NCBI GenBank assembly: GCA_963737655.1
Contig: CAVTTN010000002.1
Span: forward strand, 5,824,001-5,888,000
DNA length: 64,000 bases
Source: an uncultured Planctomycetota bacterium
GTDB lineage: Bacteria; Planctomycetota; Planctomycetia; Isosphaerales; Isosphaeraceae
Reading direction: 5' to 3'
Part shown: piece after piece, positions 62,980 through 64,000 of the stretch
Position numbering within the stretch: position 1 is the stretch's first letter
Layout of the letters: every line of letters starts with the position of its first letter
The notes under the pieces: model-generated
Told to the model about the DNA's origin: nothing
Databases searched by the model: none
The model's input: the letters and a program-made list of their open reading frames with translations, nothing else
Program-made: the position numbers and the translations under genes

Positions 62980-63359
62980 CTTCGTGAACTCTTTGGCTGG
63001 GAACGGCCATCGACGCGCGACACTACCCCAACCCCAGGCTTTGTGGCCGGGCAGCGGCGAGGTCCGGGTAGCAAACCGACGGATTCAAGAGCGGCGGACG
63101 AGGCGCGGGCCGAGAGGGGAGTCGGTTACGCTTGCAGTCTCTTCGACGGGAACATCCCCGCGAGTCGGCTCGCGGGGCGTCGCCAATGACCGGATCACGA
63201 CCTCTCGGGCCAGGCTAACCTACGGGCAGGGAGCACCAAGGTGGAGACGGCCGGGAGGCCCGCGCCACACTCAGGCTACGCCGCGCCGGGTCGGCGGGCA
63301 AGTCGTCCCCGACCCCCGTTCACGCCCCGTCGGGAGCGGACGAAGGCCGCAGGATGGTT
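62980..63359 (+). mobile_element. 380-bp attC-inserted element, copy 5
   Basis: Same sequence and GCCT|AAC junctions, in the second array. Confidence 0.9.
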
Positions 63360-63456
63360 AACCTCGCGCTGCAGCGGACCCCGGCCACGGGCCGCGTTTT
63401 TTCTGATCTCGAGCTCACTGTTCCGTGGCCGGGTCCGCTGAACTTGGTCGTTAGGC
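63360..63456 (+). other. attC site 5
   Basis: Stem CCCGGCCACGG/CCGTGGCCGGG; GTTAGGC at 63450-63456. Confidence 0.88.
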
Positions 63457-63636
63457 GGCGTCGAGCGACGGCCCCCGATGAACTCGAAGTCGTCTTCGGC
63501 TAGAGGCCGGGTGCATGAGTCAACGGGCGGCCACTTCCTCAGGAAGAATAAACTGATACCTTATTCCCCCTATTCCCCTGCAAGCATGACCTCCTGCGAA
63601 TGAGCCGAGCCGAGACGGAAAAGCTCTGGAGGAACA

Positions 63637-64000
63637 ATGCGTTCTTTCCTCTTCGCCCTGATCCCGGGCCTCTTCCTGGCCGACTCCTCGCGGGCCGATG
63701 ATCCGCCCGGGCCGCCGCCGCTGAAGATCGCCGGTACGCAAATCCAGACCCTCGATGGGAAGGCCGTGCGCCTGCGAGGTGTCAATCTCCCCGGCCTGAT
63801 GTGGGGCGAGAGGGCACACCTTGGGTCGTCGATCCGCGTCGCTACCGAAGAGTGGGGCGCCAACATCATCCGGGTGTGCCTGTCGCCGGATCTCTGGTAT
63901 GGCAAGGCGAAGGGGGACAAGGACGGAGGCGCAGGCTACCGTAAGACCGTGCATGCCGTCGTCGACCAGGTAGCCGCCCGGCACTGCTACGTGATCCTCG
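63637..64000 (+). CDS. Glycoside hydrolase family 5-like protein, partial (runs off window end)
   Basis: Own translation: signal peptide, LKIAGTQI..DGKAVRLRGVN, WGANIIRV and VDQVAARHCYVIL; RBS GGAGGA. Confidence 0.8.
   Translation, partial: MRSFLFALIPGLFLADSSRADDPPGPPPLKIAGTQIQTLDGKAVRLRGVNLPGLMWGERAHLGSSIRVATEEWGANIIRVCLSPDLWYGKAKGDKDGGAGYRKTVHAVVDQVAARHCYVIL

Noticed and set aside
52975..63359. The 380-bp repeats as a CRISPR array
   Set aside because: The repeats are 380 bp, the intervening DNA consists of whole genes plus attC hairpins, and no cas genes are present.
1..64000. tRNA or rRNA genes
   Set aside because: None recognised by eye; a tRNAscan or Rfam run would be needed to exclude them.

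Overview
High-GC bacterial DNA, most likely a planctomycete (inferred from a DUF1559 prepilin-like gene, several PEP-CTERM proteins and planctomycete-style palindromic repeats). 1-51 kb is mostly ordinary chromosome: dnaA, GH16, a sortilin/BNR-PDZ protein, rhaB, a cysteine desulfurase, larE, surE, two vWA proteins and an M2 peptidase. It also holds several decayed toxin-antitoxin modules, transposase fragments, REP-like palindromes and many single-base frameshifts that may be assembly errors. 51.9-64 kb is an integron-like region with no integrase gene in the window: two near-complete and one truncated attI-like leaders ending at G|TTAGGC, followed by gene cassettes with attC hairpins. The main finding is that all five complete attC sites carry the same 380-bp non-coding element (one substitution seen among five copies) at exactly the same position of the R'' box (GCCT^AAC). 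The element restores a TAAC core, supplies an in-frame stop codon for cassette genes, folds into a multi-helix + strand RNA and contains short matches to its own target. It is a candidate non-autonomous, possibly RNA-guided (IS110/IS1111-like), attC-targeting mini-element. A second family, GGCGGAAAAGGGG(AC/TC) repeats, sits at the breakpoints that cut att sites and transposases. All calls come from motif recognition by eye; no database searches were run.
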